Notes under the pieces: model-generated | The model's database searches: none | What the model saw: the letters and a program-made list of their open reading frames with translations, nothing else | What the model was told of the DNA's origin: nothing | Position numbers and translations under genes: made by a program | Part shown: positions 1 through 11,173 of the stretch, piece after piece | Position numbering within the stretch: position 1 is the stretch's first letter | Layout: each line of letters opens with the position of its first letter | From: an uncultured Spirochaetales bacterium | GTDB taxonomy: Bacteria; UBP6; UBA1177 | Direction of reading: 5' to 3' | Assembly (NCBI GenBank): GCA_964630905.1 | Contig: CAZVWR010000004.1 | Coordinates: forward strand, 6,775 to 70,774 | DNA length: 64,000 bases

Positions 1-967
1 AGCAGTTGATGAGGAAGCAAGCGGTTGTGATGTCGGATTGAATGCTGACTCTAACGATCCGCTCGATCTTGGAAAAGCAATAGATCTTTGTGTTGTGGAA
101 AGCGAAAAAGAATATGGTCTTGTAAGTGCCAGAATAGTTTTTCCAAATGGGAGTGAAATGAGTGACGCATATTCAGGATCAGATGGTAATGGCGGCACCA
201 CAAATTTTCCTTCGATCGCTGTTCCCGCCAGTACTTATTCAATTCTTCCGGGAATGGGTAATTTTGTAAAACCTACTCAGGGAACGAATTTCTTAATTCT
301 TTCAACCGGTCAGGCAAAAACGAAAATTGATAACCTTGACACAGACAATTTGACTGAATCGTTAGCTCCTGATGACTGGTATCTGTTTCACAACAGTAAA
401 TTTCCCGATTCACCGAATTGCGGTGCTCTTTCTGAAAGTCCGGGAGAAAACCCTGTCAGAGATTCAGTAATGCTTGAGCTTGTTGTCAGAGCTCCTAATA
501 ATGCGGCTGCATTCAGCATAGATATCAATTTTCACAGTGCGGAATTTCCGGATTATGTGTGTAAAGGATTTAATGATTTCTTTGTAATGCTTCTTGACAG
601 TACATTTACTTCAACAGACATGAATCTTCAAAATCCGGCTGATAAAAATCTCGCGATGGATGAAAACAAAAATTCAGTGGGAATTAATCTTGCAAAATCA
701 GGACTTTTTAAAGTATGCAAAAACAAGGTTTTCCCTCCGACAAACTTTCCGGGATGTCTGGATGATACTGAGCTCCAGGGAACAGGATTTGAAGGTCATG
801 GAGCAACAGGATGGCTTGTTTCCCGCGGAAATATTGTGCCGGGAGAAGAATTTAAGATCAGAATGGCAATATGGGATACAGGGGATCATATTTATGACAG
901 TCTTGTCGTTCTTGACAATTTCAAATGGTATGAATCTGCTCAGAAACCGGGAACCGGCGAAAAGTAA
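1..967 (+). CDS. Secreted hypothetical protein, C-terminal part; the reading frame is open to the window start, so the 5' end is missing.
   Basis: The frame has no stop between position 2 and 967. The track ORF begins at a TTG at 38, but the upstream codons in the same frame are sense. The protein is Gly/Asn/Asp-rich and secreted-like, with no recognisable catalytic motif. A hairpin follows the stop. Confidence 0.5.
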   Translation, partial: AVDEEASGCDVGLNADSNDPLDLGKAIDLCVVESEKEYGLVSARIVFPNGSEMSDAYSGSDGNGGTTNFPSIAVPASTYSILPGMGNFVKPTQGTNFLILSTGQAKTKIDNLDTDNLTESLAPDDWYLFHNSKFPDSPNCGALSESPGENPVRDSVMLELVVRAPNNAAAFSIDINFHSAEFPDYVCKGFNDFFVMLLDSTFTSTDMNLQNPADKNLAMDENKNSVGINLAKSGLFKVCKNKVFPPTNFPGCLDDTELQGTGFEGHGATGWLVSRGNIVPGEEFKIRMAIWDTGDHIYDSLVVLDNFKWYESAQKPGTGEK

Positions 968-984
968 AAATCTGATAAAATAAA

Positions 985-1011
985 AATGCCCCCGAAAAAA
1001 ACGGGGGCATT
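985..1011. terminator. Hairpin aatgccccc-gaaaaaaac-gggggcatt in the gap between convergent genes, possibly a bidirectional terminator.
   Basis: A perfect 9 bp stem starts 18 nt after the stop at 967. The A-tract lies on the plus-strand 5' side, so it reads as a T-tract for minus-strand transcription. On the plus strand the 3' flank (attattaata) is only weakly T-rich. Confidence 0.4.
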
Positions 1012-1356
1012 ATTAATAACCGGAAGGTTGCTCCTGGGATCTTCAGCATTGACGCCTGATGGCGATAATTGATTTGAAGTTATCACAGTGTTGGTGTTGT
1101 TAAGATTGCGTTTCCGCATTTTTGACCGATGAATGAAGAACAACTCCTTCCCTTTTTCAATTTAAAAAGATCTCACACAAACCATTATAAGCAATTATCG
1201 TGCCAAACTATTTTGTCCGATTTTCTCTCTTTTTCGTCCTATTGTTAAAAATATGTGACAGTACTGTTGTTTTAATGTTGTTTTGCTGTAAATGAAAAAT
1301 TTCCTGAAAATTTAAGTTGACATGCTGTGTAAATAAAAGTGTTCGGAAGTGGTGCT

Positions 1357-2994
1357 TCAGTAGATCACAAGAAAGCTTGAAAGTGGTATCTCAGCACGAT
1401 ATCCGGATGGATCTGTTACTACCGGAGTATAGTTTTCACCGTTAAGAAATGCTGAATATGAAAATGTGTTAAGCTCTCCCTTTTTAATTTTTTCAGTAAC
1501 ATCAATGTTGATAAGTTTCACATCCTGTCCGGGACACCATCCTGCTCTACCGAAAGGCCATGAGCCGTACTGATTCGGAACGGTTCCTTCGTTTACCAGA
1601 TCAAAACATCCGCGCGAAGTCCCTGCGTTTTTGAAATCAATCTCAAAAGGGGTTCCGTTCACAGTGAAAACCGATTCAAATTTACAGAATTCGGCACAGT
1701 TTTCCTGTTCTGAACCATTACCGTGCCCTGTTATATAAGCGGCAATAATGATTTTTTCGAATGATGAAGGAATTTCTGTTTTTATATCTTCCCACTGATC
1801 GTTATATGTTTCGTCAAACTGTTTCGTTCCTGAAAAGAGAGGGAATATGGATACCGGTTTTTCAGATGAGCTTTCTTTAATGTAGATAAAGTCAAGGTAA
1901 TTGACATACTGGTCTCCGGCAACTGTAAATCTGAAATAGTTCTTTCCGGATTTAAGAAGAGAAATAAGCGGTGTTATATCTGTCAGCCATTTTCCGCTTC
2001 TGCCGTAAGTAGTAATCCATCTTCCGATTTCTACGGTACAATTTTCAGAAGTTTCGTCATCACACAGAAAGAGATGCTGCAGTCTGTCCCATTCGCATGA
2101 TTTCTGTGATTCGCATATCTGTTCAAGTGAAATGAAAAGCCTCCCTTTTTCAGAAAATTCAGGTATTTGTGCAGAAAATAAAATGTTTTTCTCCCAGCCA
2201 TCTTCAGGAAATTTAACCCCGTCAATGCCTTTGATGGTTGTTGAATTTTCATGGTTTGAAGAGATAAAATCTTCAAGACCGTATTCATAGTTGTAAAGTT
2301 CCGCTTCCTTATACAGAAATTCAAAGCGGGGATCAGATGATGATGATTCCCAGCTGTGAAAACTTCCGGATGACCGGATCTTCTGAAAACGGTCGATTCC
2401 CAGAAAGAAATCAGAATATTTCTCAAGCCATTCCTTGAACCATGAATCAATTTCACGGGCAGGCTTAGTTGTGATGTGCACCCTTTGTTTCATTTGAGGT
2501 CCGCCGCCGATCTCAAGAGAATTTTCAATGTTTTTCTTTAACTGTCCGATTCTTTCGGTGAATGTTTCGGCAGTTCCGTCAACAAGGAAAAAATAATGGG
2601 TGTTTTGAGGAGTATTGTCGAAAAGTCTGATAAGGTCTGTTTTCCATATGGCAGTGCTTTCAGAGTTAGATGCCCTGTAGAAAATGAAAATGTAGTTTTC
2701 ATCTTGTGATCTGTTTCCGGCAAAGTTCCAGTCTCCTGTTTCAAGAGGAAGAGTAAAGTCACCGGCGGTGTCTCCGAATAAAATACCGTAAGGACCTTTT
2801 TCAAGGTTGTTTTCGTCTCCATCAGTATCAGACTGTTCATTATCAACTATTTCATCTGTTATTTCATTATCTAATAACAGAGTGTCAGTGTCAGAAACAG
2901 CATCATTGTCCGGAATATCTTTGTTCGATGTTGAGCATGCAAAATAGATTGGCAAAAGAAGCAGAACATAGATGATCTTGAGGTTTTTTTTCAT
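1357..2994 (-). CDS. Lipoprotein with a PNGase F (peptide-N-glycosidase F) C-terminal-like domain.
   Basis: The lipoprotein signal MKKNLKIIYVLLLLPIYFAC is at the internal Met; the track's upstream extension is unlikely. The C-terminal region ITGHGNGSEQENCAEFC...SRGCFD...FGRAGWCPGQDVKLINIDV...FSYSA aligns with PNGase F (ISGWGH...GCAEWC...DRAGWCPGMAVPTRIDV...FSYEY). Confidence 0.7.
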   Translation of the reverse strand: MKKNLKIIYVLLLLPIYFACSTSNKDIPDNDAVSDTDTLLLDNEITDEIVDNEQSDTDGDENNLEKGPYGILFGDTAGDFTLPLETGDWNFAGNRSQDENYIFIFYRASNSESTAIWKTDLIRLFDNTPQNTHYFFLVDGTAETFTERIGQLKKNIENSLEIGGGPQMKQRVHITTKPAREIDSWFKEWLEKYSDFFLGIDRFQKIRSSGSFHSWESSSSDPRFEFLYKEAELYNYEYGLEDFISSNHENSTTIKGIDGVKFPEDGWEKNILFSAQIPEFSEKGRLFISLEQICESQKSCEWDRLQHLFLCDDETSENCTVEIGRWITTYGRSGKWLTDITPLISLLKSGKNYFRFTVAGDQYVNYLDFIYIKESSSEKPVSIFPLFSGTKQFDETYNDQWEDIKTEIPSSFEKIIIAAYITGHGNGSEQENCAEFCKFESVFTVNGTPFEIDFKNAGTSRGCFDLVNEGTVPNQYGSWPFGRAGWCPGQDVKLINIDVTEKIKKGELNTFSYSAFLNGENYTPVVTDPSGYRAEIPLSSFLVIY

Positions 2995-3036
2995 GATAAG
3001 TACCCGAAATATATCAATTATTAAAGTTGGAAACAA

Positions 3037-5538
3037 TCAGAACAAAAGTACAGAACAACCACCACTGGTTTTTTTCTTTATACCCTCAACACGGCAGTTC
3101 GGATCACAACCGTCAAAAGGTTCTGTATTACCGTCATCACACTGTTCTCCGTATTCAAGCTCACCGTTTCCGCAAACATTCTCTGCTGTTGAATTACCAG
3201 AATTACCTGAGTTGCCGGAATTACCTGAGTTGCCAGAATTCCCTGAGTTACCAGTATTTCCTGAATCTCCGGAATTTCCGGAGTCGCCTGAGTTACCTGA
3301 GTTACCTGAGTCCCCAGAATCACCAGAGTCACCAGTACACTTTGATTTATCCCAACCGGAACAATCTTTTAAACAAGTTGCAGTTCCAATAGAGGGTGTG
3401 TCTGGAAGTTTGCTGCAAGCTATTGTGTTTCTATCACAAATTTCATCTCCCTCTAAGATTCCGTTGCCGCATGATGCGATGATTTCAGTTCCTTCCGGAA
3501 GTATCTTGTCTGAAATACATTCATATCCGGACCGCACATCATTGTAATCACATTTTGCTATGCATTTGCCATCGTAACATTCTACACCGGTATTGCCATT
3601 GTAACAATCTGAATTGTTTTCACAGTTTGCAGAACAATAACCATCGGTCCATCCAGTGTCGGTAATACATTTTGATGAAGCGGCAGTATTAAGACATTCA
3701 CTTTCGTCTGAACAAGGGTCGCCTGTTTTTCCAATGCCGCCGGTATCACATCCGTTATCGATCGTTCCATCGCAATCGTCATCCCTGTCATACCCGTCAC
3801 CGAAACAGAGGTCTACGTCCGCTGTAGAGATGCATTCTCCGCAAGTTCCATTCTTTGCACCGTTTACCATGGCGTTTGCATCAACAATTCCAAATCCGTA
3901 ACACGGAGAGTGATCCTTGGCGTTTTCAAGCCAGTTTGCAGAATCAGGTTGTATTGTTGACCAGCCGCCTTTGGAACATGTTTTTGAAGTTTTAGCGGCA
4001 CTTGCTTTGACACAGTTTATTATTCCTGAAAAGGTCATGCTTGTATTAGCCGCTATCATTAATGCCACAGCTCCCGCGGCAACAGGTGTGGCTGCGCTTG
4101 TTCCTGCAAACCTGCTTGTATAGTTAAGATCGCTTAAACTGTCTCCGTCATATCCTGTTGAATAGTTGTAGCCATAAGCCCCCTGTATATCTGTTGTGTA
4201 ATTTCCTGCTCCCGCACTGACATCTATTTCAGAACCGAAATTGGAATAGCTTGCCATTGATCCGTTTGATTCAAGAGCACTTATCGTGAGCATATCATCA
4301 TCTTTGAGGAATCCCTGATAGGATGTGTTGCATCCGTCATTTCCGGCCGCCCAGAGAAATACAGTTCCTTTCCCGCCTCGACCGTTTATTCTTCCATAAT
4401 CTACAGCAGCGGACTGGTTGTTGTCTGCAGGTGAAGAGATACAGTTTCCGTAATTGTCTTTCCCCTGAGGTCCCCAACTGTTGCTGACAACCCATGCGCC
4501 CTGATCGACTCCGTACTGAAGAGCATCTTTTATTGTAGTAGGATACAGATATGTGCCTCCGATAAGTCGTATCGGAATGATCGGACATCCCCAGCATGCG
4601 GCGGCGACCCCGAGACTGTTGTTTGTTTTTGCAGCTGCAAGTCCGGCACATGATGTTCCGTGTGGAACTCCTTCATGATCATCCTGAGCCTTGTTGGGGT
4701 TGGGGTCGTTGTCTTTTGATATGAAATCATATCCTGAAAGTACATTCAGATCGGGATGGGTCGTGTCAACACCGCTGTCGACTATTGCTATTTTTGCATC
4801 TTTTCCTGCACCTGTTTCAGTGTCCCAGGCATATTGAGCAAGGATCTGAGTGAGATGCCACTGATTGCTGTAATATGTGTCGTCAGGTGTGGTGGTCTTG
4901 AGTTCCATGTGCCAGAACCAGTTTGGCTGAGCCCATCTGACAAGATCTTTTTCTACGAGAGAGTTGGCAACAGCAAAAGGGTCTTTTCCTACTGATACAG
5001 AAACAGTATAAAAATCAGGATCATTTACTCCAAGTTCAATAACTTCAAGTCCGTAAGTCTTCAATATTTCATCTCTTTTTTCAAATGATGTGTGTTTGGA
5101 GAATTGAATGTTCATTCTGCCATCAAGAACCAGAGGGTCTTTCGAGTAATAAGTCACAACGGGCCATGAAGGAATCCCTTTTGAAGCAAGAATATTTCTA
5201 ATATTGATCCAGTTAGACCTGTCGGCATTTGCAAGCTGAATCCTGTGTGCCTTGACATGGCCTTCACTTATGACCACTTCCCTGATCAGGCTTGTAACAG
5301 GTATCCCCTGAAAATCAATATGCTGGAGAGAATTCAGATTTACTGAAAAAGGAATTGATATCATATCGTAGATCTGCTTCAAATATTGAGGTCTGCCCTT
5401 GAAATAATAGAATGTGTCATATTCTTTCCCGTTTATTTTCACCTGTTGTCCTATTGACGGTTTTGAGAATTCGCTGCCGGAAACAGAGAAAACCACAAGG
5501 ATTGATAACAATAAGATAAAAATCATTTTCTTTAACAT
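3037..5538 (-). CDS. Secreted subtilisin-like serine protease (S8) with a C-terminal Cys-rich repeat region and a G-[ND]-S tripeptide array.
   Basis: The Asp/His/Ser triad motifs are AIVDSGVD, HGTSCAGLAAA and GTSAATPVAAGAVAL. The signal peptide MLKKMIFILLLSILVVFSVSG follows a GGAGAGGG ribosome-binding site, so the start is at the internal Met (5538). The C terminus has CGNGELEYGEQCDDGNTEPFDGCDPNC and CGNGILEGDEICD, the same pattern as the Myxococcus cysteine-rich repeat. Confidence 0.85.
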   Translation of the reverse strand: MLKKMIFILLLSILVVFSVSGSEFSKPSIGQQVKINGKEYDTFYYFKGRPQYLKQIYDMISIPFSVNLNSLQHIDFQGIPVTSLIREVVISEGHVKAHRIQLANADRSNWINIRNILASKGIPSWPVVTYYSKDPLVLDGRMNIQFSKHTSFEKRDEILKTYGLEVIELGVNDPDFYTVSVSVGKDPFAVANSLVEKDLVRWAQPNWFWHMELKTTTPDDTYYSNQWHLTQILAQYAWDTETGAGKDAKIAIVDSGVDTTHPDLNVLSGYDFISKDNDPNPNKAQDDHEGVPHGTSCAGLAAAKTNNSLGVAAACWGCPIIPIRLIGGTYLYPTTIKDALQYGVDQGAWVVSNSWGPQGKDNYGNCISSPADNNQSAAVDYGRINGRGGKGTVFLWAAGNDGCNTSYQGFLKDDDMLTISALESNGSMASYSNFGSEIDVSAGAGNYTTDIQGAYGYNYSTGYDGDSLSDLNYTSRFAGTSAATPVAAGAVALMIAANTSMTFSGIINCVKASAAKTSKTCSKGGWSTIQPDSANWLENAKDHSPCYGFGIVDANAMVNGAKNGTCGECISTADVDLCFGDGYDRDDDCDGTIDNGCDTGGIGKTGDPCSDESECLNTAASSKCITDTGWTDGYCSANCENNSDCYNGNTGVECYDGKCIAKCDYNDVRSGYECISDKILPEGTEIIASCGNGILEGDEICDRNTIACSKLPDTPSIGTATCLKDCSGWDKSKCTGDSGDSGDSGNSGNSGDSGNSGDSGNTGNSGNSGNSGNSGNSGNSGNSTAENVCGNGELEYGEQCDDGNTEPFDGCDPNCRVEGIKKKTSGGCSVLLF
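3191..3334 (-). repeat. Coding tandem repeat of about 16 copies of 9 bp, encoding (G-D/N-S/T)n inside the subtilase gene.
   Basis: The plus strand shows ccagaattacctgagttgcc-type 9 bp periodicity. It is translated as GDSGDSGDSGNSGNSGDSGNSGDSGNTGNSGNSGNSGNSGNSGNSGNS. The alternate frames give the spurious ELPELP and ATQVTQ ORFs. Confidence 0.7.
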
Positions 5539-5722
5539 AACCCTCTCCGTATAGCTATTAAAAAACAAAACTATTAATTAGAGCAAAACAGGTTCCCGAC
5601 TTTTTTGTTTAATCATTACAGTCGCATAAAACGGATTAAACATTTCAGGACCAGCAACAGTTAAATTATACGCACATCCATATAAAAACCAAGCTCAAAA
5701 ATATAGACGGCCCCGAATTCTT

Positions 5723-7401
<1,679 letters not shown>

Positions 7402-7426
7402 GAATCTCTTTTTAGTATCTCAACGA

Positions 7427-7455
7427 TTGACTCTCTGACAATTCAGTGATAATAT
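7427..7455 (+). promoter_or_regulatory. Candidate promoter of the znu operon.
   Basis: TTGACT (7427-7432), a 17 nt spacer, then TAATAT (7450-7455). The ribosome-binding site AGGAGG is at 7472-7477 and the ATG at 7482. Confidence 0.4.
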
Positions 7456-7481
7456 CCAAACAGTTTTTTTCAGGAGGAAAA

Positions 7482-8387
7482 ATGTTCAGACCGGCACTAT
7501 GTTTTTTAACCTTTTTAATGATTTTTAATTTGTCCTGCAGCTCAGAAAATATTGAAAGTGGAAAAAGCGGAGTTGTGAATGTGACAGTCAGTATCCTGCC
7601 GCAGAAATTCATTGTTGAGCGGATTGGAAAAGAGAAAGTGAAAGTAAATGTGATGGTTCCTCCTGCAACGAGTCCCGAAATTTATGAACCGGGGCCTGTA
7701 AAAATGGCTGAACTGAAAGATTCTGCAATATATTTTCTCATCGGAATGCCGTTTGAAAAGAATGCTTTTGAAAAGATGAAAAGTGAGTTCAGCAATGTCA
7801 GGTTTACTCAAATGCAGAAAAACATTGTTTTTCGAAAAATAGAAGGAGGACATGATCATAAAGAAGAGAGCGGATTCCATGAGGAAACTTACGATCCGCA
7901 TATCTGGCTTGATCCGCTTTATTTAATTGTTATATCAGATAACACAGTTTCAGAACTGATTAAAGCAGATCCGGCAAATAGAGAATTCTATATAAAAAAT
8001 CTTCTTGAACTGAAAAAAGAGCTCCAGTTGTTGTATGATGAACTGCTTGATGTTTTTAAGGGAAGCGAAAGGAAGAGCTTTGTGATCTACCATCCTGCCT
8101 GGGGTTATTTTGCCGATAGATTCGGGCTGAAACAGATTCCTGTGGAAATTGAAGGTAAAGAGCCGTCAGTCGCTGAAATGGCAAAATTGTCTGAATTTAT
8201 AAAAGAAAATAAAGTGAAAACCATTTTTCTTCAGGCCCAGTCATCAGAAACGGTTATAAATTCTCTTGCATCGGAAAAGGGAATACAAATAAAAATGATT
8301 GATCCTTTAAAAGAGAATGTTGTCGAAAATATTAGAGAATCTGCACTGTTAATAAAAGAGGGACTTGTATTTGCAAAGCATAATTGA
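7482..8387 (+). CDS. znuA: Zinc ABC transporter substrate-binding lipoprotein (ZnuA/TroA family) with a His-rich loop.
   Basis: Signal peptide plus lipobox FNLSC. It has the DPHIWLDP signature and a His/acidic loop GGHDHKEESGFHEE. The start is set at MFRPAL after the ribosome-binding site; the track start at 7446 is upstream of the ribosome-binding site. Confidence 0.8.
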   Translation: MFRPALCFLTFLMIFNLSCSSENIESGKSGVVNVTVSILPQKFIVERIGKEKVKVNVMVPPATSPEIYEPGPVKMAELKDSAIYFLIGMPFEKNAFEKMKSEFSNVRFTQMQKNIVFRKIEGGHDHKEESGFHEETYDPHIWLDPLYLIVISDNTVSELIKADPANREFYIKNLLELKKELQLLYDELLDVFKGSERKSFVIYHPAWGYFADRFGLKQIPVEIEGKEPSVAEMAKLSEFIKENKVKTIFLQAQSSETVINSLASEKGIQIKMIDPLKENVVENIRESALLIKEGLVFAKHN

Positions 8388-9102
8388 ATTTCAAAAAGTT
8401 AATTTCTCATACGGAAGGAACGAAGTTCTCAAAGATATCAATATGACTGTGAAAGAAGGAGATTTCTTTGCAATAGTAGGTCCTAACGGAGGAGGAAAAA
8501 CAACAATTCTGAGGCTGATATTGGGCCTTGAAAAAGATTTCAAGGGTGAGATCAAGGTTTTCGGAAAAGCCCCGAGCAATAATGACAGAAAAAAAGGATA
8601 TGTGCCGCAATTTTCCAACCATGACAAGATGTTTCCTATAACGGTCAGGGATGTGGTTCTTCAGGGTTTGATCGAACCGGGATCAGTATTCCCTTTCTAC
8701 AGCAGGTCATGCAAGTCCAGGGCGTTGAATGTAATGGAAAAACTCGGCATTTCCGATAGAGCTCAAGACCGTTTTGGCGACCTTTCGGGAGGGCTTAAGC
8801 AGAGGACATTGATCGCCAGAGCTGTAATAAGCGATCCGGAGCTTATTCTGCTTGATGAGCCGGTTGCAAGCGTTGACAGTAATATTGAAAAAGATATTTA
8901 TGAAATGCTTGTTGAGCTGAATAAAACAATGACAATAGTTATGGTTTCGCATGATCTTGGATTTGTTTCAAAATATGTAAATAAAGTCGGTTGCGTGAAT
9001 AGAACTTTTGTGTGCCATGACTCAAAGGAGCTTTCTTCCCATGATGTTGACAGTATGTATCACGGGGAAAGTATAATGATAAACCATAAGTGCGGAATTT
9101 GA
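8365..9102 (+). CDS. znuC: Zinc/manganese ABC transporter ATPase.
   Basis: Walker A GPNGGGKTT, signature LSGGLKQR and Walker B LILLDEP. It overlaps the znuA 3' end by 23 nt. Confidence 0.8.
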   Translation: MYLQSIIEFQKVNFSYGRNEVLKDINMTVKEGDFFAIVGPNGGGKTTILRLILGLEKDFKGEIKVFGKAPSNNDRKKGYVPQFSNHDKMFPITVRDVVLQGLIEPGSVFPFYSRSCKSRALNVMEKLGISDRAQDRFGDLSGGLKQRTLIARAVISDPELILLDEPVASVDSNIEKDIYEMLVELNKTMTIVMVSHDLGFVSKYVNKVGCVNRTFVCHDSKELSSHDVDSMYHGESIMINHKCGI

Positions 9103-9927
9103 ATGAGTTTTTTTGAAGCTTTGTTGAAATATGGTTTTTTGCAGAATGCTGTTGCAGCGGCTGTTCTTGCATCAATTTCATGCGGTATTTCAGGAACTTT
9201 TGTGTTTGTGAACAGGATAACTTTCATTGCGGGCGGTATTGCCCATGCGGTTCTCGGTGGAGTCGGAGCGGCGGTCTATTTCGGATTTTCCCCTTTTACC
9301 GGAGCAATTGTTACAGCAATTCTGTTTGCCATAGTTCTGGGGATGATAAAGTTCAAGGCGTCAGAACATGAGGATACTGTTATAGGCGCGTTGTGGGCGA
9401 CCGGAATGTCAGCAGGAATAATATTTATCTATCTTACACCGGGATATTCAGTAAATCTGAACAGTTATCTTTTCGGCAACATTCTTCTTGTATCAAAAGA
9501 TGATATTGCGGGGCTGTTTTTTCTTGCTGTAACGGTTCTCACAACTGTCACTATCTTCTACCGTCAGTTCAAATCGGTCAGTTTTGACATGGAATTTTCA
9601 ACTTTGAGGGGTATTAAAAGTCTTTTCATCTACACAGTAATGCTTTCGATGATAGCTCTGACCGTTGTTGTTCTGATGAAAGTTGTGGGTCTGATCCTTG
9701 TCATAGCGTTTCTTTCGCTTCCGGCGGCAACAGCCGCAGTTTTTACAAACAGGATCGGCAAAATAATTTTATTATCTTCCATATTAAGTTTCATGTTCAG
9801 TTTTACAGGTCTTTTCATTTCATACAGGTTTGATCTTCCAACAGGTGCGGTTATAACGACAGTTTCCGGATTTGTTTATTTAATATCAATAATTTCAGGT
9901 AGATACTATGCAAAACTTTTTAAATAG
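9103..9927 (+). CDS. znuB: ABC-3 family metal transporter permease.
   Basis: The 8-TM ABC-3 pattern with ISCGISGTFVFVNRITFIAGGIAHAVLGG. It abuts the znuC stop. Confidence 0.8.
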   Translation: MSFFEALLKYGFLQNAVAAAVLASISCGISGTFVFVNRITFIAGGIAHAVLGGVGAAVYFGFSPFTGAIVTAILFAIVLGMIKFKASEHEDTVIGALWATGMSAGIIFIYLTPGYSVNLNSYLFGNILLVSKDDIAGLFFLAVTVLTTVTIFYRQFKSVSFDMEFSTLRGIKSLFIYTVMLSMIALTVVVLMKVVGLILVIAFLSLPAATAAVFTNRIGKIILLSSILSFMFSFTGLFISYRFDLPTGAVITTVSGFVYLISIISGRYYAKLFK

Positions 9928-11173
9928 TCTTCTTGCTGTATTTATGGAAATGTCCCCTTATCTGCTCTTGGGATTTTTTATTGCGGGGATACTTAACGAG
10001 CTTTTCAAAGGGACAAAGCTGAAAAAATTTATCGGAGGGAGCAATTTTCTTAGTATTGTGAATGCTTCCATTCTCGGTGTTCCGCTTCCTCTCTGTTCTT
10101 GCGGAGTTATACCTACCGGTGTTTCTCTCCACAAAAGCGGAGCGTCAAAGGGTTCTGCGGTTTCTTTTATGATATCAACTCCGCAGACAGGTGTTGATTC
10201 CATACTTGTCACATGGTCGCTGCTCGGTTTGCCGTTTGCACTTTTGAGACCTGTCATTGCATTCATAACCGGTGTTGCAGGCGGAGTTATGACCAGCGTG
10301 CTTGAAAAAAATGCCACTGAGTCTAACAGGATCAGCACTGATGAAATGAAAGAAGAGGACAAAAGGTCTTTTTTACAGAAATTTTATTCCGCAATGAAAT
10401 ATGCATTTGTCGATTTTCTTGATGACATTTCTCTGTGGCTTTTTGTCGGGCTTATAACTGCGGCACTTATTTCTGTAATAATTCCGGAAGGTTTTTTCAC
10501 AACTTATGTGGGGAACAACTATCTGAGCATGCTTATTGTCCTTATTGCTTCGGTTCCTCTTTATGTCTGTGCAACAAGTTCTGTTCCGATAGCAGTTGCT
10601 CTTATGCTGAAAGGGCTGAATCCGGGGGCGGCACTTGTTTTTCTGATGGCAGGCCCTGCAACAAATGCCGCAACTGTTCTTGTGATAGGAAAAACGCTCG
10701 GGAGAAAAGCTCTTTTCAGTTATCTTTTTTCAATTATAGCAGGAGCTTTAGTGTTTGGCGCCATAATTGATAATTTCCTGCCGGCAGAGTGGTTTAAGCC
10801 TCAATTGATGCAATCTCACTCTCATCATCATGGAGGAATAAATTATTTTTATCTTATATCGTCAGTTATTCTTGCCATATTGCTGCTTATGAGTTTTGTC
10901 AGATATTTGAAAAGAAGAAAAGAATCTTCTCATTGTCATGACAAAGAGTGCTGTTGTGAAAATGCAAATGAAACTGAAACAACTGTAATTCAGGTCGAGG
11001 GAATGACATGCAGTCACTGTGCGGCAAATGTAAAAGCAGGGATATCTGAAGTTCAAGGTGTTAAGAATGTGGAAGTAGACCATCATACAGGAAGAGTTGA
11101 AATAACAGGCACTGATATTGACATGGATGAAATAAAAAAAGCAGTTGAATCGAGGGGTTATAAAGTCGTATGA
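9908..11173 (+). CDS. Predicted permease (DUF318/ArsP-like, SO_0444-type) fused to a C-terminal heavy-metal-associated (HMA) domain.
   Basis: N-terminal permease motifs include LPLCSCGVIPTGVSL. The His/Cys-rich linker is HSHHHGG...CHDKECCCEN. The HMA motif GMTCSHCAANV has the expected ferredoxin-like spacing. It overlaps znuB by 20 nt. Confidence 0.75.
   Translation: MQNFLNSLLAVFMEMSPYLLLGFFIAGILNELFKGTKLKKFIGGSNFLSIVNASILGVPLPLCSCGVIPTGVSLHKSGASKGSAVSFMISTPQTGVDSILVTWSLLGLPFALLRPVIAFITGVAGGVMTSVLEKNATESNRISTDEMKEEDKRSFLQKFYSAMKYAFVDFLDDISLWLFVGLITAALISVIIPEGFFTTYVGNNYLSMLIVLIASVPLYVCATSSVPIAVALMLKGLNPGAALVFLMAGPATNAATVLVIGKTLGRKALFSYLFSIIAGALVFGAIIDNFLPAEWFKPQLMQSHSHHHGGINYFYLISSVILAILLLMSFVRYLKRRKESSHCHDKECCCENANETETTVIQVEGMTCSHCAANVKAGISEVQGVKNVEVDHHTGRVEITGTDIDMDEIKKAVESRGYKVV

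Noticed and set aside
1013-1356. A 344 bp non-coding gap with a TTGACA at 1317. It was scanned for tRNA, small RNA or mobile-element ends.
   Set aside because: It has no cloverleaf-compatible structure, no inverted terminal repeats and no convincing -10 element. Only a sub-threshold 67 aa ORF lies antisense in it.
3037-3070. MYXO-CTERM-type sorting signal at the subtilase C terminus.
   Set aside because: Only GGCSVLLF follows the Cys-rich repeat. There is no transmembrane helix or basic tail, so a sorting signal cannot be claimed. I left it as an open question in the findings.
2972-3547. Plus-strand 191 aa ORF with ELPELPELPE repeats, and the neighbouring ATQVTQ-repeat ORF at 3078..3332 on the minus strand.
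   Set aside because: These are alternate-frame or antisense readings of the 9 bp coding repeat inside the subtilase gene. The subtilase frame has a clean signal peptide and catalytic triad, so these are artefacts.
7446-7481. An upstream start for znuA that adds MIISKQFFSGGK.
   Set aside because: The AGGAGG ribosome-binding site lies inside this extension and is spaced correctly for the ATG at 7482.
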